From a bacterium (GTDB taxonomy: Bacteria > Electryoneota > Electryoneia > Electryoneales > Electryoneaceae): DNA of 64,000 nucleotides. The stretch's first letter is position 1, and each line of letters opens with the position of its first letter. Shown piece after piece: positions 46,829-58,848 of this stretch. The stretch is taken from NCBI GenBank assembly GCA_963669175.1, contig OY769902.1:5024001-5088000 (forward strand). Reading direction: 5' to 3'. The notes under the pieces are model-generated. The model did not search any database. It had not been told where the DNA came from and worked only from the letters and a program-made list of their open reading frames with translations. A program made the translations under genes and the position numbers.

Positions 46829-47800
46829 CTATTCCCATTCCCGGGCTGTGATAATGTGCTGGATTTGATCATGAACGTGGTTCAGGTCCAGCGGTTTCTG
46901 CATGAACGCGGTCGCGCCCAGTTGCACGGCTTCGTGTTGAAAACGATTCTCCTGGTGGGCGGTCATGATGATGACCGGAATCCGTTCTGTACTCTTGAAC
47001 GCCCGCAAGGTACGCAACGCTTCGAAACCGGATTTCTCCGGCATATCGACATCCATCAATACGACATCCGGTTTCATTTTTCGCACCTGCTTGACTGCTT
47101 CGGCGCCATTTTCGGCTGTGATCACGCGATACAGCTTCAGTTGCAGCGCTTCCTGGAAAACCTCGATAAACTCCCGGTCATCGTCAACGATTAATAAAAG
47201 CGGCTGAAGTTGCATGCTGGGATTGACTTCTTCCGGTTTCATCTCTTCGGTCAACCATTCCGCCAGCGTCCTTTTTATCCAGGGCAGGGGCAGACGACTG
47301 CGCATGAACAGTCCTTTCCCCAATCCCTGCCACTCATGTTCCCGAGCATCAGCGGGATTGCGGCCGATTATCACAAAGCGTGTCGGTGATAGCGCTTCGT
47401 CCCGAATCAACAGGCGCATCAAGTCAACCGCATGATAATCACCCTGGCGAGATTCAAGAATGATCAACTCCGCCTTCTGGTACTCCGAGACAAAGATCAT
47501 CTCGAAATTGTCATAGAGGAACACTTCGAGGTTCAATTCAGCCAGTGCGTCCACCAGAGAATCACGCATTTCCCCCGGCTTCATGATGACCATGGCGTTT
47601 TTTACGGTTACCTTTTTCCCGGTGCTTGGGGAGGAATAGGTCGTTTGAAGCGGCGTTGCCAGGAACTTTTCAAGCAGATCCCGGCTGCTGTGAAAATCTG
47701 CTGATGGAATATCCAACTCATCAACGCTTTTAGGTCGTAGTGGTTGAAGGTTGCTTCCTGAATCGGACAGTCCTGTGTTCTTCAGGTGACGATGGGGCAT
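46829..47800 (-). CDS. Response regulator (degenerate N-terminal receiver plus C-terminal REC)
   Basis: IVDDD, PDVVLMDVDMP, IPVIIMTA, MQKPLD. Confidence 0.85.
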   Translation of the reverse strand: MPHRHLKNTGLSDSGSNLQPLRPKSVDELDIPSADFHSSRDLLEKFLATPLQTTYSSPSTGKKVTVKNAMVIMKPGEMRDSLVDALAELNLEVFLYDNFEMIFVSEYQKAELIILESRQGDYHAVDLMRLLIRDEALSPTRFVIIGRNPADAREHEWQGLGKGLFMRSRLPLPWIKRTLAEWLTEEMKPEEVNPSMQLQPLLLIVDDDREFIEVFQEALQLKLYRVITAENGAEAVKQVRKMKPDVVLMDVDMPEKSGFEALRTLRAFKSTERIPVIIMTAHQENRFQHEAVQLGATAFMQKPLDLNHVHDQIQHIITAREWE

Positions 47801-48283
47801 GACAGAACCCGTGTTTATTGATATTAAGTAAGCTACCCTTGGGAGATTACATGCGCAAGTGACGGGATCAGGTGGTCGAGATCACAGCCGCGGGAATCAT
47901 TGACAGTTTATACAGTTTATTAAGAGAGCTTAACTTATATAACATCCCGCGTAGAATCCTGCGTTGATCAGCCTATATGGCGACACTCTTTTCGCAACGA
48001 AGCGTGTAATCACTGTGAATAAACAGCTCAAAGGCATTTGCTTTCTCTCAACTTACCGACGGATAAAAATGCTTCCGATTCAGGGCATGGATTCAGATTA
48101 TCGTTGGAAGTTAGCTATAACTTTGTGAAAAATGGTACGAGGCTCGGGTACCCCAAACATTGCCCCGGGACTTCCCATCTTGTAACTTGGTAGTAGCCGT
48201 GCAGCAGCCCGCCTTTTTTTGGGAGTTACGGGCATGCTTGAGCACGGTTAATACGTTTCAACAGGTTACAAAAGGGATACACC

Positions 48284-50563
48284 ATGGCGTACGACAAGGA
48301 AGCGATCGAATACCACAGTAAACCTGTTCCGGGGAAAGTATCCGTCACACCAACTAAACCCTGCATCACCCAGCGTGATCTCTCTTTAGCCTACACTCCC
48401 GGTGTAGCTGTGCCCTGTCTTGAGATCGAACAAGATCCCGAGAAAGCATACAAGTATACCAGCAAAGGTAACCTTGTTGCTGTTATTTCCAACGGTACCG
48501 CAGTATTGGGTTTGGGTGACATCGGTCCCCTGGGCGGCAAGCCCGTAATGGAAGGCAAAGGCGTTCTGTTCAAGCGTTTTGCCAACATTGACGTATTCGA
48601 TATTGAGCTTGACACCAAGGATCCAGAGGAAGTCATCCTTGCCAGCAAGCTGCTTTCACCCACGTTCGGCGGCATTAACCTGGAGGACATTAAGGCCCCC
48701 GAGTGTTTCTACATCGAAGAAACTCTCAAAGAAATGCTGGACATCCCGGTTTTCCATGATGATCAGCATGGTACAGCGATTATTTCAGGCGCAGCACTCC
48801 TCAATGCAGTTGAGATCATTGGGAAGGACATGGCTGAGCTGAAAGTAGTCTTCAATGGCGCCGGCGCTGCCGGTATTGCCTGTGCAAAATTCTATGAATC
48901 ATTAGGAGTATCTCACGAAAACGTATTGATGTGTGACAGCAAGGGTGTATTGTACAAGGGACGTGAGGACCTGGTGGAAGGTCATCCCCGTTACAACAAG
49001 TACAAGGCCTACTTTGCTGCCGATACGGACAAGCGCACCCTGGCGGAAGCCATGGTTGGCGCCGATGCATTTGCCGGTGTTTCGGTTGCGAATGTTGTCA
49101 CCCAGGACATGGTTCGTTCCATGGCCAATGATCCGATCATTTTCGCCATGGCGAATCCTGATCCGGAGATTACCTACGAAGATGCGAAAGCCGCTCGTTC
49201 CGATGTCATCATGGCCACAGGCCGCAGTGACTATCCGAACCAGGTAAACAACGTACTCGGCTTCCCCTTCATTTTCCGTGGCGCTCTGGACGTTCGTGCC
49301 AAGGCGATCAATGAAGAGATGAAGGTTGCCGCCGCGCACGCTCTGGCAGACCTGGCAAAGGAAGACGTTCCAGACACTGTTTTGCGTGCTTACCACACAA
49401 ACAAGATTTCATTTGGTCGTGAATACCTGATTCCGAAACCATTTGATCCTCGCGTGTTGACCCGGGAAGCGGTTGCAGTTGCAAAAGCGGCTGTAGATAG
49501 CGGCGTCGCGCGTAAGGAAATTCAGGACTGGGAAGCCTATCGCGACCAGTTGGAGAAACACCTTGGCGCGGAACGCGAGATCATCCGTCGTCTTATCCAT
49601 GTTGCCCAGGATACACCTCACCGGATCGCGATTGGCGCCGGTACCGATGAAAAGATGCTGCGTGCAGCCAACATCATTGCCGAAGAAGGCATCGGCACAC
49701 CGGTTCTGCTCGGCAGTGAAAAAGAGGTCAAAGCCAAGATCGAAGAGCTGGGCCTGAACCTGCAGAATGTGGAAATCGTGGAACCGGCAAAGCATCCACG
49801 TTTCAACGAATACGTTGACCTGTACTACAACCTGCGGAATCGTAAGGGCGTCAACCGTGATGAAGCCATCCGCGACATGCGTACCGGAGTATATTACGGC
49901 CCGATGATGGTTCGCCAGGGTGACGCGGATGTATACATCTCCGGAAGAAGCCGTTACTATCCGTTGTTGATCCGTCCCATGATGCGCGTCATGAAGGATC
50001 GCACCAATGGCGGCATCCTCGCGGGTGTCTACATGGCGATCATCAACCACAAGCCCTACTTCCTGGCTGACACGACGGTCAATTTCAGCCCGGACGAAGA
50101 TCAGTTGGTCCAGATTGCAGAAAATGTGCATCAACTGGTCAGCAGCCTGGGGATCAAGCCGCGTATGGCCTTCCTCAGCTTCTCCAACTTCGGAAGCAAC
50201 AAGCATCCGGGCACCGAGAAGATGGCGAAAGCGGTTGAGAAGCTTTGGAAGATCCATCCGGATTGGGATGTTGATGGTGAGTTGCAGGCGGATATCGCTG
50301 TGTCTCCCGAATTGTTGAAAGAAGAGTATCCCTTCGCGAAGATCCAGGGCGGCGCGAACTGCCTGATCTTCCCGAGCCTGAACGCATCCAATATTGCCTA
50401 TCGTTTGCTGCGTAGCCTTGGCAATGCCACCCTGCTCGGACCGATGCTCACCGGGCTGGATCTGCCGATGCACGTGCTTGAACGTGGCTGTGACGTGGAC
50501 GATATTGTAAACATCGCTGCTATCGGCGCCGTACAGGCCCAAGCGCGGAAGATGCGTCAGTAA
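48284..50563 (+). CDS. maeB: NADP-dependent malic enzyme with phosphotransacetylase-like domain
   Basis: [58 protein letters not shown]. Confidence 0.96.
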   Translation: MAYDKEAIEYHSKPVPGKVSVTPTKPCITQRDLSLAYTPGVAVPCLEIEQDPEKAYKYTSKGNLVAVISNGTAVLGLGDIGPLGGKPVMEGKGVLFKRFANIDVFDIELDTKDPEEVILASKLLSPTFGGINLEDIKAPECFYIEETLKEMLDIPVFHDDQHGTAIISGAALLNAVEIIGKDMAELKVVFNGAGAAGIACAKFYESLGVSHENVLMCDSKGVLYKGREDLVEGHPRYNKYKAYFAADTDKRTLAEAMVGADAFAGVSVANVVTQDMVRSMANDPIIFAMANPDPEITYEDAKAARSDVIMATGRSDYPNQVNNVLGFPFIFRGALDVRAKAINEEMKVAAAHALADLAKEDVPDTVLRAYHTNKISFGREYLIPKPFDPRVLTREAVAVAKAAVDSGVARKEIQDWEAYRDQLEKHLGAEREIIRRLIHVAQDTPHRIAIGAGTDEKMLRAANIIAEEGIGTPVLLGSEKEVKAKIEELGLNLQNVEIVEPAKHPRFNEYVDLYYNLRNRKGVNRDEAIRDMRTGVYYGPMMVRQGDADVYISGRSRYYPLLIRPMMRVMKDRTNGGILAGVYMAIINHKPYFLADTTVNFSPDEDQLVQIAENVHQLVSSLGIKPRMAFLSFSNFGSNKHPGTEKMAKAVEKLWKIHPDWDVDGELQADIAVSPELLKEEYPFAKIQGGANCLIFPSLNASNIAYRLLRSLGNATLLGPMLTGLDLPMHVLERGCDVDDIVNIAAIGAVQAQARKMRQ

Positions 50564-50582
50564 CTGAAGGGGGCGCCAGAAG

Positions 50583-51275
50583 ATGTACGAAACTGCTTTT
50601 CCCAGGGTTAAAATCTGTTGTATTCAGAATGTAGCGGAAATGCAGTTGGCCGTACGTTACGGTGCAACTTTTGTCGGACTGGTTGGTAAAATGCCAAGTG
50701 GTTTTGGTCCGATTTCAGAAGATACAATTGCCGAAATAGCTGCGGAGACTCCCCCGGGGGTCTCCGCTGTTTTGCTTACCAGCGAAACCCGTGCGTCCGC
50801 GATTATCGAACAGCAGCGACGTACCGGTGTCGGTGGTATTCAGATAGTCGATGATCTGACCGAAGGCAGCTACCAGGAATTGCGGGATTCCTTGCCGGGA
50901 GTTGACATCATCCAGGTCATTCATGTAACCGGGCCTGAGTCTGTTGACAAGGCAATGAAGGTCGCTCCTCTGGTTGATGCGATCCTGCTCGACAGCGGTC
51001 AACCCGATGCAGAAGTAAAAATTCTTGGCGGAACCGGGAAGACGCACAACTGGCAGCTCAGCGCCAGAATCCGGTCCCTGATCAACAAACCCCTGTTCCT
51101 GGCCGGTGGTTTACGGCCGTCTAATGTAGCTGAAGCCATGCGCTACGTTGCCCCGTACGCGCTGGACCTGTGTACCGGGTTACGGACCAACGGCGAGCTG
51201 GATGAGAACAAACTCACTCTTTTCATGAAGAACATCCGCGCTGAAAGCGCAACCCTGATGGAGGGAAAGTCATGA
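50583..51275 (+). CDS. trpF: Phosphoribosylanthranilate isomerase
   Basis: VKICCI, LLDSG, GGTGKTHNW, FLAGGL. Confidence 0.85.
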   Translation: MYETAFPRVKICCIQNVAEMQLAVRYGATFVGLVGKMPSGFGPISEDTIAEIAAETPPGVSAVLLTSETRASAIIEQQRRTGVGGIQIVDDLTEGSYQELRDSLPGVDIIQVIHVTGPESVDKAMKVAPLVDAILLDSGQPDAEVKILGGTGKTHNWQLSARIRSLINKPLFLAGGLRPSNVAEAMRYVAPYALDLCTGLRTNGELDENKLTLFMKNIRAESATLMEGKS

Positions 51276-51730
51276 CCAACCCCATGATCGTGGAAATCAA
51301 ACGGCTGGCGCCGGAGAAAACCGGTGATGTACCGTTACCCAAATCCATGTCGGAAGATGCGGCCGGGATGGATATTTTCGCGGCTGTGGAAAAGGAACTG
51401 ACCATCCTTCCCGGGCAGACAGTTGCTGTGCCGACCGGGTTTGCCATTGCGGTGCCACGCGGTTATGAAGCGCAGGTGCGGCCTCGAAGCGGCCTCGCCA
51501 TGAAACATTCCCTGATTGTCCCGAACAGTCCCGGAACCATCGACAGCGATTATCGTGGCGAAGTGCGTGTGCTGCTCTCCAACCTTGGCGCGAATCCGTT
51601 TGCCATCAGACGTGGTGACCGGATCGCTCAAATGGTGGTCTGCCCGGTGATGCGCATTGAGTGGAAAGAGACTGCCGAGTTGTCGGATACGGAACGTGGC
51701 GCGGGTGGTTTCGGCCATACCGGGGTTTGA
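51272..51730 (+). CDS. dut: dUTP diphosphatase
   Basis: AAGMD, RPRSGLA, NSPGTIDSDYRGE, DRIAQ, RGAGGFGHTG. Confidence 0.96.
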   Translation: MTNPMIVEIKRLAPEKTGDVPLPKSMSEDAAGMDIFAAVEKELTILPGQTVAVPTGFAIAVPRGYEAQVRPRSGLAMKHSLIVPNSPGTIDSDYRGEVRVLLSNLGANPFAIRRGDRIAQMVVCPVMRIEWKETAELSDTERGAGGFGHTGV

Positions 51731-51733
51731 GCC

Positions 51734-52501
51734 GTGCGCACGGTCCCAGCCCTGCTATACCATAAGATTTCCAGCCAGTTCGAATTCGGGATTACCCATA
51801 CCACGCCTTCCGGCTTTGCACGCCAGGTACAGTTCCTCGCGTCTTCGGGATATTCGGGAGTTGCTCCTTCACAAGTGCAAACAGCCTTGGGAAATCCCCT
51901 TATCCTTAGTTTTGACGATGCCCTGGAATCGGTGTTTACCCATGCGCTACCGGTATTGACCGAACACGCCTTTCATGCGATTACGTTTGTTCCGGTTGAT
52001 TTTATCGGGAAGGTGAACACATGGGATGCGGGACGTTTCGGGCTGAAATTCCGGCATATGGACAAGCAGCAGCTCCGTACCTGGGTGGAAACCGGAAACG
52101 AGATCGGGTGTCATGGCGCGTCGCATATCCATTTCGGACTACTGAACCATTTCCAGCGCTACCGGGAAATCGTTGAGGCGAAGAAACGCCTGGAAGACAC
52201 TGCAGGATCGCCGGTGCGTTGGCTCTCCCCACCGTTCGGCTGGTACGACCGTCATGTGCTGGAACTGGCGCGTGATGCCGGGTACGAAGGTGTGCTGGTC
52301 ATCCGTAAACGACCTTTCATATCATGTCCGCCTGAACTGAAACTACTTGAACACACACCTGTTTACCTGTTTGATAGCCTTGCGCTGTTACACGCCAAAC
52401 TCGATCCCACCACCCCGCTCTACCGACTGGAACGCTTCCGTACGAACCTGATTCACCAGGGCAGTTGGGGAAGTGTAGTTGTGCAGGCTGTTTCCAGATA
52501 G
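51734..52501 (+). CDS. Polysaccharide deacetylase (NodB family)
   Basis: LLYHKI, LSFDDA, EIGCHGASH, PPFG. Confidence 0.88.
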   Translation: MRTVPALLYHKISSQFEFGITHTTPSGFARQVQFLASSGYSGVAPSQVQTALGNPLILSFDDALESVFTHALPVLTEHAFHAITFVPVDFIGKVNTWDAGRFGLKFRHMDKQQLRTWVETGNEIGCHGASHIHFGLLNHFQRYREIVEAKKRLEDTAGSPVRWLSPPFGWYDRHVLELARDAGYEGVLVIRKRPFISCPPELKLLEHTPVYLFDSLALLHAKLDPTTPLYRLERFRTNLIHQGSWGSVVVQAVSR

Positions 52502-52831
52502 TCCTCCATCCGGTGGATTCACAGGATGTACAGGATGATTAAGGATGAATAGGATAAGAAAGAGAATTATGTTTGGGCGGCGTGGCCCGACTGCTTGCTG
52601 TCGGGTTTCATGTGAGATAGGCTGCGTGTCGGGTTTCAAGTGAGATGCAGTTCAAACATTCCCTATGCTGCGACCCGACAGAAGGCTTTCTGGCCACGCG
52701 CAAATGGATTCTCACATTGATTCTCGAGATACGCCTCGGCGCACAAGTCCCCGGTCGGCGCCGGGGATGACATGTGGGAAGCCTGGGGATGACATGAGAG
52801 GATAATAGATTCGCGCGAGACTAGAAAATCA

Positions 52832-53542
52832 CTACCGCATCTGCCGTACAATCACAAAACCGATATTGACAGCGATGTAACTCTTCGGATCGATCAGATC
52901 AAAATACTCGGTATGTTTCAGGTCAGCGAAGATCAGATGGTAAATCGGCAGCACTTCCAGCAGCACATCGTTGCCCATGTAGAACCGGAATCCCAAGCCG
53001 CCATTGACACCGCCCTGCGCCCAATGGGATTTGCGTCCCTGGTAATCATCACCGATAGAATCCTTCACCGTAGTCGTGTTGATATACAGCCCGCCGCCCA
53101 CATGGAAGACGTAACTGAACGTACGTTTGTGCGCTTGTGCCGGAGTAATGCGAACGCCGCCCAATACTTCGAACATATTGCTGCGCCCGGTAATATCACC
53201 ACCGCGAATAGTTGCCGATTCCGGGAACGCCCGGTTGACATCGCCATCGTCCGGATGCCAGCCGCAGTAGCCTACACGCAACCCGGTCAGGAGGTTCGGC
53301 GTCACGTTGGTGTATACTTCGAGCCCTACATCCGCGCCGATCTTCCAGTAGTCGCTTACATCGCCCATGACCTGCGACAAGCCGACCGACATGGTGTAGT
53401 ACATGAAAGAGGTGCGAATATCACGTCTGTTCAGATGCTTGTGTTGTTGTGCAAAAACGGGAGTAACACCTCCCAGCATGAGCATTGCAAGTATCGTGAT
53501 GCCAAGCAATCGCTTGATGCGATCCGGTCGCAACAGGCTCAT
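52832..53542 (-). CDS. Outer-membrane beta-barrel protein (8-strand type)
   Basis: Signal peptide and Gly/aromatic alternating strands. Probable start 53542 after GGAGG. Confidence 0.75.
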   Translation of the reverse strand: MSLLRPDRIKRLLGITILAMLMLGGVTPVFAQQHKHLNRRDIRTSFMYYTMSVGLSQVMGDVSDYWKIGADVGLEVYTNVTPNLLTGLRVGYCGWHPDDGDVNRAFPESATIRGGDITGRSNMFEVLGGVRITPAQAHKRTFSYVFHVGGGLYINTTTVKDSIGDDYQGRKSHWAQGGVNGGLGFRFYMGNDVLLEVLPIYHLIFADLKHTEYFDLIDPKSYIAVNIGFVIVRQMR

Positions 53543-53630
53543 TCCATCCTCCCTGGAAGCGACAAAAGGGTGGCCGATCAGCCACCCTTTTGTTATCAAA
53601 AGTCATGCAATCAGCGACAGAACAACACCG

Positions 53631-55679
53631 TCAATCGCCATCGAAGATCACGGAATCATCTGTATAGCCCGGACGGTCCTGGTACCAATCCATGTAGACT
53701 GTACCGCCGGATTCTGCCCAATCTTCGAAGTACAGGTAGCCTTCCGTAATATCGACACCAGAGTACATGTGTTTCCAGTCCTCCGGAACCTCCAGTCCCC
53801 ATGGCAGATTGCTGGAAGTTACATAGTATTCTCCAGCGCCGACATCGGAAGCATCGTCCTCAGTACCGAAATATGTCATGTTCATCATGGATGTCGGAGC
53901 CTGTCCCGCCAGGTGGACTTCATGGGTACGCAAGCCATTGACAACAATGAACGGGTTGTATGGCGGTGCGCTGAGTGAATCCTGCGGGAGCCCGTTGGTA
54001 AAGGTAATCACGATTTCAGTTGTCGGCGCAACCTGCACCGGATCAGACGGGTCCGTATTTACGAAACGGTTGATCGGGGTAATGATCTGGTCCGTACGGT
54101 CGAATACCGGGATAACGGCCAGGTCGGGTCCGATTTCAGGCGCTGAACCGCTGAAACCGGTGAATACTGTTCCCTGGCAATCGGAGCCGGAAACACTGGC
54201 AATCCAGCCGGGGGAAATCGGAAGCTCAAAAGCGAAACCGTTGTCGTAATCAGCGCCGACCGCCTTGATGGTCCAGTCCGCTTCGATCTGGGTAATCAGG
54301 TTTTCGCCGTTGGTAATCTGGTTGATCTCATACGCCATCACCAGGTCGTTGAAGTCATAGTCGCCCTGAATCGGCCACAAGTCTTCAAACGCCACCACGC
54401 CATCGAAATAGTTGTTAAACGCTTTATCCGGATCATCCGGGTACTCATCCACGACATCCGGTACATCATCGCCATCCCTGTCTTCATCAGGCACATCAAG
54501 CGGCGGCAAACCGGTCGTATCTACTGCGGACCAGGGCTCCACCTTGACACAAAAAATGGCGTCGTTGAAGTCATTATCGCCGCCACGGTCGCGGAGAATA
54601 TCTTCGAAGCCAAGAATCAGGAAATGACGATACTGATCCTGGAGCAAGATGGCCTGACGCATATCGGAATCGTTCAAAGCATCGTCACTCATCACCAGCC
54701 ATCTTCCATCGCCTACAGTATGCTGCGCTTGCAGCCAACCATCGGCAACCGCGAAGAAGGACATGGTTGTTCCGGCATCGAAATCTCCCAGATCAACCTT
54801 GTCGCCGGTCTGCATCTCACCGCCACTGTTCGGGAAGGAACAGTTCGGGAATACTACTGTCAGCGGATCAACGGCGTCCTGGTTGGCAGGTATGTTTTCA
54901 CCCGGGTAAGTATAAAAACCCATTGCATTCAGATAGCCGGCATTTTCATGCACGTAACTGATCGTCACATGGGCATCTTCCAGCAGTTGCAGACGCGCTT
55001 CAGTCTGCTGCAGGATATACTCGGGATGGTGAGTGTTAATATTCACCGCTTCAGGCAGCATATTCGTCACATTATCGAAGAATTCTGCGCTGAAAGTATC
55101 TTGGGCATCCATCAGGTAGTAGGGGCGTCCCAGATTGCTCCAGTCAAACTCACCGTTCCCCATGAAGGTGTAATCGCGAGTCAAGGTGGACTTGACCACC
55201 GGCCCACGAACCGGCGCTGACATGGCGCCCAGGGTGCCGCCGAAATCGTAACGGACGTTCGCACTGGTGAGTGGAATGCGTGCGATATTGTCGATACCGA
55301 TGATATGGGCCTTCACCAGGACCTCTTCCATATATGTCGGTACGATCAACTGCATGATGCATTCGCCATCGTACTGGGTTATCCCACGAGCCAACTGTTG
55401 CCAGGATTCGGGATTCCCCTCTTCCAGCTCGTAGTAAAACGTAATGATGACGCCCTTTTTCGAATTGCCCAAGGCGTCTTTCACTGAAATGTAAGCCCGG
55501 ATGGATTTCTGCGTTTCGTAGTCAAAATCGTCAGGCACTACGATCGCTGCAAATCCTTCTTCTTCCGGCGCTGTTATGTCTTCAGCATCAGTACATCCAA
55601 TCTGCGCAAAGGGCATCATCAGCAAGCCCAGCAGTGGCAGTACGAGCAGAACACGACGGAACCAGGTAAACTCCCTCAT
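53631..55679 (-). CDS. LruC-domain lipoprotein with DUF4114-like region
   Basis: Lipobox QIGC; GFEDILR..GDNDFND; Ca-binding DxDGD repeat; AFEDLWPIQGDYDFND; PYNPFI..EVHL. Start 55679 after GGAGG. Confidence 0.85.
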   Translation of the reverse strand: MREFTWFRRVLLVLPLLGLLMMPFAQIGCTDAEDITAPEEEGFAAIVVPDDFDYETQKSIRAYISVKDALGNSKKGVIITFYYELEEGNPESWQQLARGITQYDGECIMQLIVPTYMEEVLVKAHIIGIDNIARIPLTSANVRYDFGGTLGAMSAPVRGPVVKSTLTRDYTFMGNGEFDWSNLGRPYYLMDAQDTFSAEFFDNVTNMLPEAVNINTHHPEYILQQTEARLQLLEDAHVTISYVHENAGYLNAMGFYTYPGENIPANQDAVDPLTVVFPNCSFPNSGGEMQTGDKVDLGDFDAGTTMSFFAVADGWLQAQHTVGDGRWLVMSDDALNDSDMRQAILLQDQYRHFLILGFEDILRDRGGDNDFNDAIFCVKVEPWSAVDTTGLPPLDVPDEDRDGDDVPDVVDEYPDDPDKAFNNYFDGVVAFEDLWPIQGDYDFNDLVMAYEINQITNGENLITQIEADWTIKAVGADYDNGFAFELPISPGWIASVSGSDCQGTVFTGFSGSAPEIGPDLAVIPVFDRTDQIITPINRFVNTDPSDPVQVAPTTEIVITFTNGLPQDSLSAPPYNPFIVVNGLRTHEVHLAGQAPTSMMNMTYFGTEDDASDVGAGEYYVTSSNLPWGLEVPEDWKHMYSGVDITEGYLYFEDWAESGGTVYMDWYQDRPGYTDDSVIFDGD

Positions 55680-56036
55680 CCGACCTCCTTGGGAATGTAT
55701 CGCTACAATTTCAAGCAAAATAGCTGTCTTTTGTACTGTTATCAACAATATATACTATCTGACGACGGAAAGCGTGAGCCAACACCAGTATCCATATCCT
55801 GTAATGTCTCCCGATTATCTTCTGAAAAACAAGACGCTTACGGCATAATTACCAATCACCCTTCTCATCCATCAGGGGGAAAAGTAAAGATTCCTCTTTG
55901 AATCTTCTGTGATTTAAAACAGGAATAAGTTAGTAAAGAGACCTTTTCAACCCGGGTTAAACAGGATACCTTACGCATAGAACAACATACTTGCACACTT
56001 TCTGCATACAACAGTGACTTCAAAGGAACAGAACGG

Positions 56037-57137
56037 ATGCGGATTGTACAACTGGTACAGAGCCTTCAGACCGGCGGTGTGGAACGTCTGGTTGCCAACA
56101 TCACCGCAGGCTTATCCCAACGTGGGCATCACATTTCCGTCCTGGCCCTGCGAAGCGGTGGCGATATTGCAGTAGAGCTGGCAGAGCAACATGTACCGGT
56201 TCAAATACTTTGCACTGATCATATCACACCCGGTGCGTTGAAAAAGATCAGACAGGCTATTCTTGCCCTGCAACCGGACCTGGTTCATATACACACATTA
56301 CCCGCCGGCACTTTCGGTCGTGCCGCCATCGTTGGGACCGGTATCCCCTGGATCTATCATCTTCATACGGATTATTATCGTGCACATCACCCGAACCGTT
56401 CCATGCTGCTCCGTGAAATGCTGCTGGGCAAATTGGAAGGTTCCATCCTCGCTATCAGTTCCTGTGTACGCCGAAAGTATTGTACCGATTTTCGAGTCCC
56501 GCTGAACAAGGTGGAAGTGTTACGCGGCGGTGTGCCTGACACACCGGAAATGGACCAGGCGGAAGCACGCAGGCAGCTTCATCTTCCCACAGATCGTCCC
56601 ATTCTGCTGATTGTCGCCGGCCTGTCCCTGCATAAAGATCATCTCACATCTCTGCGCACCATGCAGCTCCTGCCGGACAATGTGATGCTCCTGCTTGCCG
56701 GTGACGGTCCTCTCTTTGACCGGATACAAGCTTATGTCAAACGTGCGAACCTGCAAGAGAGAGTGAAACTCCTGGGCAGACGAAACGATATTTCTCTTTT
56801 GAACGCTGCCTCAGATGCGGCCCTCCTCACCAGCGACTACCGTGAAGGGCTGGGGCTGTCCCTGGTGGAAGCAGCTCGGGCGGGTATCCCCTGCATTGCT
56901 ACTCGTACCGGAGGCATCCCGGAAGTAGTGCGTCATGGTGTCAACGGCTTATTGGTGCCCGCACGAAATCCGGAAGCCCTGGCCGAAGCAATCAACAAAG
57001 TATTGAATAATAAACATTTCTCGAGCAAGTTGGGGCAGCAGGGACGTGAACGCTACCTCCGTGAATGGGAACTTGGAGTATACCTGGATAGACTGGAACA
57101 CCTGTATCAGTCACGCGTTAAAGTGAAAAACAGGTAA
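56037..57137 (+). CDS. Glycosyltransferase family 4
   Basis: GGVERLV, EGLGLSLVEAARAGIPCIATRTGGIPEVV, NGLLVP. Confidence 0.92.
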   Translation: MRIVQLVQSLQTGGVERLVANITAGLSQRGHHISVLALRSGGDIAVELAEQHVPVQILCTDHITPGALKKIRQAILALQPDLVHIHTLPAGTFGRAAIVGTGIPWIYHLHTDYYRAHHPNRSMLLREMLLGKLEGSILAISSCVRRKYCTDFRVPLNKVEVLRGGVPDTPEMDQAEARRQLHLPTDRPILLIVAGLSLHKDHLTSLRTMQLLPDNVMLLLAGDGPLFDRIQAYVKRANLQERVKLLGRRNDISLLNAASDAALLTSDYREGLGLSLVEAARAGIPCIATRTGGIPEVVRHGVNGLLVPARNPEALAEAINKVLNNKHFSSKLGQQGRERYLREWELGVYLDRLEHLYQSRVKVKNR

Positions 57138-57391
57138 TCAGTTCTCTTCGCATTCATACTTCCTCACCCTCAGGGCAATTGCCGGAGAGAGTAGTTTTTC
57201 GTACATTGTCACGATATAAGTTCAAGTTGCGCTTTAGCTTGGACATCATGCAGGATAAGCTGGATTGTGTTGCGAGCTATTGCTGAGTGTACTTGTCACA
57301 CAATTATATATCAAATACTTACATCAAGATTTTGTTTACAGTGTTCAACAGAAACGGCTGATTTACTTTGTTCAGAAAGAAGGGTAGTGTC

Positions 57392-57976
57392 ATGCACCGT
57401 ACCACTCGTCATCTCCTGATCATCACGCTGCTGGCTTCCATGATGCTCGTAGTGTTCGGATGCACCAAGAAGCCGCCGGTTGTCCCGACAGAACGTCCTC
57501 CCCGTGACACGACAGCCATTGTCAAACCAAAACCGAAACCGGAACCAGAACCGGTTAAACCGGCTCCTGTTGACACTTTTGACACGATGGCCGACAAGGA
57601 AGTTGAGCCGGAAATAGTTGAACCGGAACCGACTCCCCCGCCAGAACTGAAAGTGGTCTATTTCGATTTTGACCAGTCCAGTTTCACCAACCAGGCGCTC
57701 CGTCAGTTGAAGGAGAATGCCGTGATCCTGCAACAATACCCGGAATGGCGCGTAATAATAGAAGGCCATTGCGATGAACGCGGCTCAACGGAATACAACC
57801 TGGCGCTGGGCGAACGTCGTGCGAACGCCGTGTACCGCTACTACATGAATTTCGGCGGGATCAACAAGGAGATGTTCGCGGAAATCATCAGCTACGGCGA
57901 AGAGAAACCGGTATCGTTCGGCCATGATGAAGGCGCCTGGGCGAAGAACCGTAGATCGATTACTCGTCGCAAGTAG
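57392..57976 (+). CDS. pal: Peptidoglycan-associated lipoprotein Pal
   Basis: Lipobox VFGC, Pro-rich linker, VYFDFD, IEGHCDERGSTEYNLALGERRA, SYGEEKP, AKNRR. Confidence 0.93.
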   Translation: MHRTTRHLLIITLLASMMLVVFGCTKKPPVVPTERPPRDTTAIVKPKPKPEPEPVKPAPVDTFDTMADKEVEPEIVEPEPTPPPELKVVYFDFDQSSFTNQALRQLKENAVILQQYPEWRVIIEGHCDERGSTEYNLALGERRANAVYRYYMNFGGINKEMFAEIISYGEEKPVSFGHDEGAWAKNRRSITRRK

Positions 57977-58019
57977 TCAACATTGCACTGATTGAAGTAT
58001 ACCATACAAGGCATTCGGC

Positions 58020-58826
58020 ATGTCCCGTTTTACCAGGCACATCCTGTTACTGCTTGCTGCTGCACTGCTGCTGTCCGGATGTGCAACACGGAAAGATATT
58101 CAGCTTCTGACCGATGAGCACCGTCGCACTCAACGGCGGCTTGAGGCCATTGAACAGAAACAGGACATGCTGGATGCCAAGGTTGATACCCTTTTCGCCA
58201 TGTTTGGCGGTAATCTCCAGAAGAATTTCCGTGAACAGGAGGATCTGCTGCGGACCTTCCGTGCGGAAACAGGAGCGGCTACGGAAGAACAGCTCGGCAA
58301 GCTGGAGATGCTGACCGGACGTATCAGCGATTCGGAACAGATGATGGACCGTCTCGCTGCCAAACTGGACCAGACCAGCCTGCTGATCAGCCGTTTCATC
58401 CAGATGACGGACACCACCGATACCCTGACCGGGATCGCACTGGACCCAAATGATCCGGAAAACCTGTTCAACCAGAGTTATCAGGATTACACGCTGGGCA
58501 AGATGGACCTGGCCCGTACCGGATTCATGGACTATTTCAGGCTGTACCCGGAAACGCAACATGCCGGCAATGCGCTGTACTGGATCGGTGAGACGTTCCT
58601 TGCAGAAGGCGCTACGGATTCAGCGCTGGCCTATTTCCGTCGCATTGAATTCAGTTATCCCGAATGCGACAAAATGCCGACTGCGCTGGTGAAACGCGCC
58701 TCAATCCATGTGGACACCGGACGGATCAACAGTGCCCGCATGTTGTATCAACGTGTCATTGATGAGTTCCCCGCCTCGCCCGAAGCACGCCTCAGCCGGA
58801 ACCGTTTGCAGGGATTGTCACGCTGA
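58020..58826 (+). CDS. cpoB: Tol-Pal protein CpoB/YbgF (coiled coil plus TPR)
   Basis: Lipobox LSGC, coiled coil, NALYWIGE TPR; directly after pal. Confidence 0.88.
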   Translation: MSRFTRHILLLLAAALLLSGCATRKDIQLLTDEHRRTQRRLEAIEQKQDMLDAKVDTLFAMFGGNLQKNFREQEDLLRTFRAETGAATEEQLGKLEMLTGRISDSEQMMDRLAAKLDQTSLLISRFIQMTDTTDTLTGIALDPNDPENLFNQSYQDYTLGKMDLARTGFMDYFRLYPETQHAGNALYWIGETFLAEGATDSALAYFRRIEFSYPECDKMPTALVKRASIHVDTGRINSARMLYQRVIDEFPASPEARLSRNRLQGLSR

Positions 58827-58848
58827 ACGTAGCTGTATGTAGCTTTAC

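Noticed and set aside
49409-50542. 377-aa antisense ORF (and similar shadow ORFs opposite hutU, the M3 peptidase, the cytochromes, the ZnuA-like gene and others)
   Set aside because: They lie wholly opposite well-supported genes and reflect codon bias.
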